This document shows positions 60,570-64,000 of a DNA stretch of 64,000 nucleotides, piece after piece. This DNA is from Burkholderiales bacterium. Lineage in GTDB: Bacteria; Pseudomonadota; Gammaproteobacteria; Burkholderiales; SG8-39. The position numbers and the translations under genes were made by a program. The notes below the pieces were generated by a model. The model was not told where the DNA came from. It saw only the letters and a program-made list of their open reading frames with translations, and searched no databases. Location: positions 153 through 64,152 of the forward strand of contig JBCKKZ010000004.1 of assembly GCA_038904015.1 (NCBI GenBank). Direction: 5' to 3'. Numbering within the stretch: position 1 is the first letter of the stretch; every line of letters starts with the position of its first letter.

Positions 60570-61558
60570 CGGGCAGATCCCGCGAAGCGACGCCGCAGCG
60601 CATCGACGATGCCGATGATGCCATTGCGCGCGAACAGGGCCACCGCGACCAGCGTCAGGCCCAGACCCAGTTGCCAGGCAGTCGGGTAGGCCTTGGCGAG
60701 CGTGTGCTCAAGCACCATGTAGGCGATCGCCCCGACAAAAGCGCCGTAGAGCCTCCCGTAACCGCCCAGGATCAGCACGATCAACACTCCCGCCGAGCGC
60801 TCCAGGCCGAGCACCGCGAGGTTCACGTAGCCGTTCGCCTGGGTGAACAGCGCCCCTGCCACGCCGGCGAGTGCCGCCGAGACCGTGTAGGCGAGCACCT
60901 GGCGCGCTCTCACCGGGGCGCCGACCGCATGCATGCGCAGGAGGTTCTCCCGGATCCCCGTCAGGCTCTGGCCGAAGGACGAATAAACGAGCATGCGCAC
61001 GATCACGAAACAGAGGAACAGGACCGCCAGCACGTACAGGTACTGGGAACGGAAGTACAGCGCGTCGAAGCCGAACACACCGAGGATCTTCGCGAACGAC
61101 AGGCCCGGCATGCCGTCGAAGCCGCCGGTCCAGGCCGCGCCCATGTTCGCCGCCTGCTCGAGCAGCGTCATGGTGCAAAGCGTCAGCATGAGCAGGGTCA
61201 GGCCGTGCGTGCGCAGCAGCACCAGGCCGCTGGCAAAGCCGATCGCCGCCGCCACCAGCGCCGCCGCGACCAGGCCCGAGATCGGCTCGTTCCAGCCCCA
61301 GTGCATCGCCAGCATCCCCACCGTATAGGCGCCGGCGCCGAAGAACGCGGCGTGGCCGAGCGTGACAATGCCGGCGTAGCCCAGCACCAGATCGAGCGAG
61401 AGCGCGAACAGGATCGTGATCAGCACCTGGGTGGCGAAGGAGAGGTAGTTTGGAAAAACAAAGAACACCGCGACACCGGCAATCCACGGCAGCAGTTCCC
61501 ACCACTTGAAGCGGTGCCGGAGGGCGAGCGATTGCGCAGCGGTGAGTTGCACGCTCAA
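60566..61558 (-). CDS. ABC permease (LivM-like)
   Basis: LGYAG..TLGHAAFFG.GAY, TGGFDG, IREN. Confidence 0.9.
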   Translation of the reverse strand: MSVQLTAAQSLALRHRFKWWELLPWIAGVAVFFVFPNYLSFATQVLITILFALSLDLVLGYAGIVTLGHAAFFGAGAYTVGMLAMHWGWNEPISGLVAAALVAAAIGFASGLVLLRTHGLTLLMLTLCTMTLLEQAANMGAAWTGGFDGMPGLSFAKILGVFGFDALYFRSQYLYVLAVLFLCFVIVRMLVYSSFGQSLTGIRENLLRMHAVGAPVRARQVLAYTVSAALAGVAGALFTQANGYVNLAVLGLERSAGVLIVLILGGYGRLYGAFVGAIAYMVLEHTLAKAYPTAWQLGLGLTLVAVALFARNGIIGIVDALRRRFAGSAR

Positions 61559-62418
61559 GCGCCTTTCCTGCCAAACAGACCCTGCGGACGCCACAGCAGC
61601 AGCACCAGCGTGAGGACATAGATGAAGATGGTGCCGCCCTTGGGGAAGTAGATCTTGAGCACGAAATCGAGCACACCAATGAGCAGCGCCGCGAAGAACA
61701 CGCCGCTCACCCGCCCCAAGCCGCCTACCGCAACCACGATCAGAAAGTACACCAGGTAGCGCAGCGGATAGTTCGGGTCGAGGCCGAGGATCTCCGCACC
61801 CAGGCCGCCACCGACCGCCGCGAGGCCGCTGCCGATGGCGAAAGTCACGGCGAACAGGCGGCCCACATCCACGCCGAGGGACTGGGCCATGCGCCGGTTG
61901 TCCACCGCGGCGCGGATGCGGGCGCCGAAGCGCGTGCGCTCGAAACCGAGCCAGAGCGCGATCATCAGCGCGGTGCCCGCCGCGATCAGTGCCAGGCTGT
62001 AAGTACGGTACTTGATGAACCCGAGGTCGGTCTGGCCGCGCAGCCAGTCGGGCAGCTGCACCACCTGGGTCTCGGGGCCGACGCCCAGCGTCACCGCGGC
62101 TGTCATCACGAACACCAGACCGATCGTGAACAGCACCTGGTCCAGCTCAGTGGCCCGATAGAGGCGCGCATACAGCAGCCGCTCCAGCACCATCGAGAAC
62201 AGTGCCACCGCGACAAAAGCGAGCGCGAGCGCCGGCAGGAACGAGAAACCCCAATGCTTCATCGCCAGCACGATGACGTAGCCGCCCAACATGGCGAAGC
62301 CGCCGTGCGCGAGGTTGACGAACCCCATCAGCCCCATGGTGACCGACAGGCCGACCGAGACGATGAACAGCACCATGCCGGAGGCGAAGCCGCCGAGGAG
62401 GATGCTGACCGGATCCAT
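61555..62418 (-). CDS. ABC permease (LivH-like)
   Basis: GLMGFVNLAHG, RTRFGARIRA, RPQGLFG. Confidence 0.92.
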   Translation of the reverse strand: MDPVSILLGGFASGMVLFIVSVGLSVTMGLMGFVNLAHGGFAMLGGYVIVLAMKHWGFSFLPALALAFVAVALFSMVLERLLYARLYRATELDQVLFTIGLVFVMTAAVTLGVGPETQVVQLPDWLRGQTDLGFIKYRTYSLALIAAGTALMIALWLGFERTRFGARIRAAVDNRRMAQSLGVDVGRLFAVTFAIGSGLAAVGGGLGAEILGLDPNYPLRYLVYFLIVVAVGGLGRVSGVFFAALLIGVLDFVLKIYFPKGGTIFIYVLTLVLLLWRPQGLFGRKGA

Positions 62419-62419
62419 G

Positions 62420-62457
62420 AAAAAAACCGCCGCCCGTCAGGATGCCGGGGGCGGCGG
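62420..62457 (-). terminator. Intra-operon hairpin plus U-tract between the binding-protein and permease genes
   Basis: CCGCCGCCC/GGGCGGCGG stem followed on the minus strand by T7 immediately before the permease ATG. Confidence 0.65.
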
Positions 62458-62492
62458 CGTTTTCTTTGACAGCCTGAAGTCGGGTGCGAGCG

Positions 62493-63692
62493 CTACTTGC
62501 AACGCCCTTCCTTCAGCTCCTTGCACATGTCCTTCACGTCGTTGATTACGCCGATGTTCTTCTGCACCAACCGGCCGCCGCTCTTCACGACTTCGCTCAG
62601 GTACTCGTTCATTATGACGTCGCGCGTCCGCGGATCGATCGAGATCGGGCCGCGCGGGCTGTTGTGCTTCCAGCCGCGCAGCGCGTTGATCGCGGCGTCA
62701 GCCTCGATCTTGCCTTTCAGCGTCGTAACCATGTGCGCGATCGCCGCCATGCCGTCGTAGCCCTGGACGGCCATGAAGTCCGGCGTCGAGGTGGCGCCGT
62801 AGTCCTTCTTCCAGGTTTCCACGAAGCGCTTGTTGACCGGATTGTTCAGATCGGCGTTGTAGTGATGCATCGTGATCAGGCCGACCGCGTCGTCGCCCAT
62901 GCCCTGCAGCTTGTAGTCGGGCGTCAGGTCGCCCGGCCCGATCAGCTTGATCCCCGCCTGGCGCATGCCGAGCGCGTTGTAGGTCTTCATCACCGCGACC
63001 GCGTGATCGCCCGAGGGCACGAAAACGAAGAACACGTCCGGTTTCTTGTCCTTGGCGCGCTGGAAGAACGGCGTGAAGTCCGGCACCTGGCCGGGGCCGC
63101 CCATCGGGATCTCGTCGATCACCTTGCCACCGGTCGTCTCGAAGCCGCGCTTGAACGCGTCCAGGCTGTCCTTGCCCGGCGGAAAGTCACTGTAGCCGAT
63201 CACCGCGGTTTTCGCCTTGACGATCTTCGAGGCGGCTTCGCCCATCGCGTGCCCGGCGTGCCACATCGAGAACGACACGCGCGCGATCATCGGCGAAAGA
63301 TTGGTGATCCAGGCGGTACCCGCGTTCATGATCACCATCGGTTTTTTCGCCTCGGTGGCGAGCTGCGCGGAAGCGATGGCGTCGGGCGAATAGATGAACC
63401 CGGTGAGGATGTCGACTTTCTCCTGCACGATCAGCTCCTGCACCGCGGTCTTGGCCTCGGCACCGCTCGGGTTCTTGGAATCCCGCTTGATCAACTCCAC
63501 CTTGTAGGGCCCGAAGGCGCCGGGATTGAGCTTCATGAACACCTGGATGCCGCGGTCCACCTGCTGGGCGAACTCGGCACCGACCCCGGAATACGGCAGC
63601 ACGACGCCGACCTTTACGGTCTGCGCACCAGCGCCGGCCGCCAATCCGATTAGTAATGCTGCAGCGAACAACTGCATCAGTTTGATTTGCAT
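62493..63692 (-). CDS. ABC substrate-binding protein (LivK-like fold, probably for aromatic acids)
   Basis: Signal peptide, [24 protein letters not shown]; context of benzoate-CoA ligase and MarR. Confidence 0.88.
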   Translation of the reverse strand: MQIKLMQLFAAALLIGLAAGAGAQTVKVGVVLPYSGVGAEFAQQVDRGIQVFMKLNPGAFGPYKVELIKRDSKNPSGAEAKTAVQELIVQEKVDILTGFIYSPDAIASAQLATEAKKPMVIMNAGTAWITNLSPMIARVSFSMWHAGHAMGEAASKIVKAKTAVIGYSDFPPGKDSLDAFKRGFETTGGKVIDEIPMGGPGQVPDFTPFFQRAKDKKPDVFFVFVPSGDHAVAVMKTYNALGMRQAGIKLIGPGDLTPDYKLQGMGDDAVGLITMHHYNADLNNPVNKRFVETWKKDYGATSTPDFMAVQGYDGMAAIAHMVTTLKGKIEADAAINALRGWKHNSPRGPISIDPRTRDVIMNEYLSEVVKSGGRLVQKNIGVINDVKDMCKELKEGRCK

Positions 63693-63811
63693 CGTCCCCT
63701 CCTTTTGGTGGCGATAACCAGCCTTGGAATGCTAGCACGGCAATCTCCACTTTTGCTCGTCCAGCGCCTCCCGCAAGTCTAAAATGCCGCTTCATCCAAA
63801 GGGAGCATTGC

Positions 63812-64000
63812 ATGGCACACGTTATTTCGTTGTGGAACATCCCATCGCTTGCGGTCAAAGACTCGAAGGATCTGTTCCCGGTGCGGCGGATTTTCTGCGC
63901 CGGCCGCAACTACGCCGAGCACCAGAAGGAGATGGGGGGCGACGGCCGCGAAGTGCCGTTCTTCTTCATCAAATCGGCGCATTCCCTGGTGGCCGGCGGC
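63812..64000 (+). CDS. Fumarylacetoacetate hydrolase family protein (5' partial)
   Basis: [19 protein letters not shown]...PFFFIK; GGGAG RBS; runs off the window. Confidence 0.88.
   Translation, partial: MAHVISLWNIPSLAVKDSKDLFPVRRIFCAGRNYAEHQKEMGGDGREVPFFFIKSAHSLVAGG

Overview
GC-rich betaproteobacterial-type chromosome segment. Most of it is housekeeping genes: ubiE/J/B, thrB, polA, lipAB, dacA, rlpA, pyrRB, thiDE, hemL, mgtE, aroE, mpl, accBC, apaH, glnK-amtB and an aromatic-acid uptake/activation cluster. Three accessory blocks are embedded in it. (1) At 1-3330 is the distal end of an integron cassette array, with four attC sites, the 5' part of a group IIC intron inserted antisense in the first attC, a secreted histidine-phosphatase-like cassette, a stand-alone ABC substrate-binding-protein cassette and two toxin-antitoxin cassettes, the last one truncated. 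No integrase lies in the window. (2) At about 18830-20420 is a lower-GC insert next to polA, carrying an orphan class III nucleotidyl-cyclase-like gene and a long hairpin, beside a broken Bug/TctC gene. (3) At about 57070-59100 is a defence islet that begins with the 3' half of a tRNA(CAT) and carries a beta-class DNA methyltransferase, a PaeR7I/XhoI-family endonuclease and an N-terminal relic of a probable SIR2-like gene. Several deletion scars (parE, Bug, prmA, tRNA, SIR2) may be real decay or assembly artefacts. All calls come from reading the sequence by eye; no searches were run.
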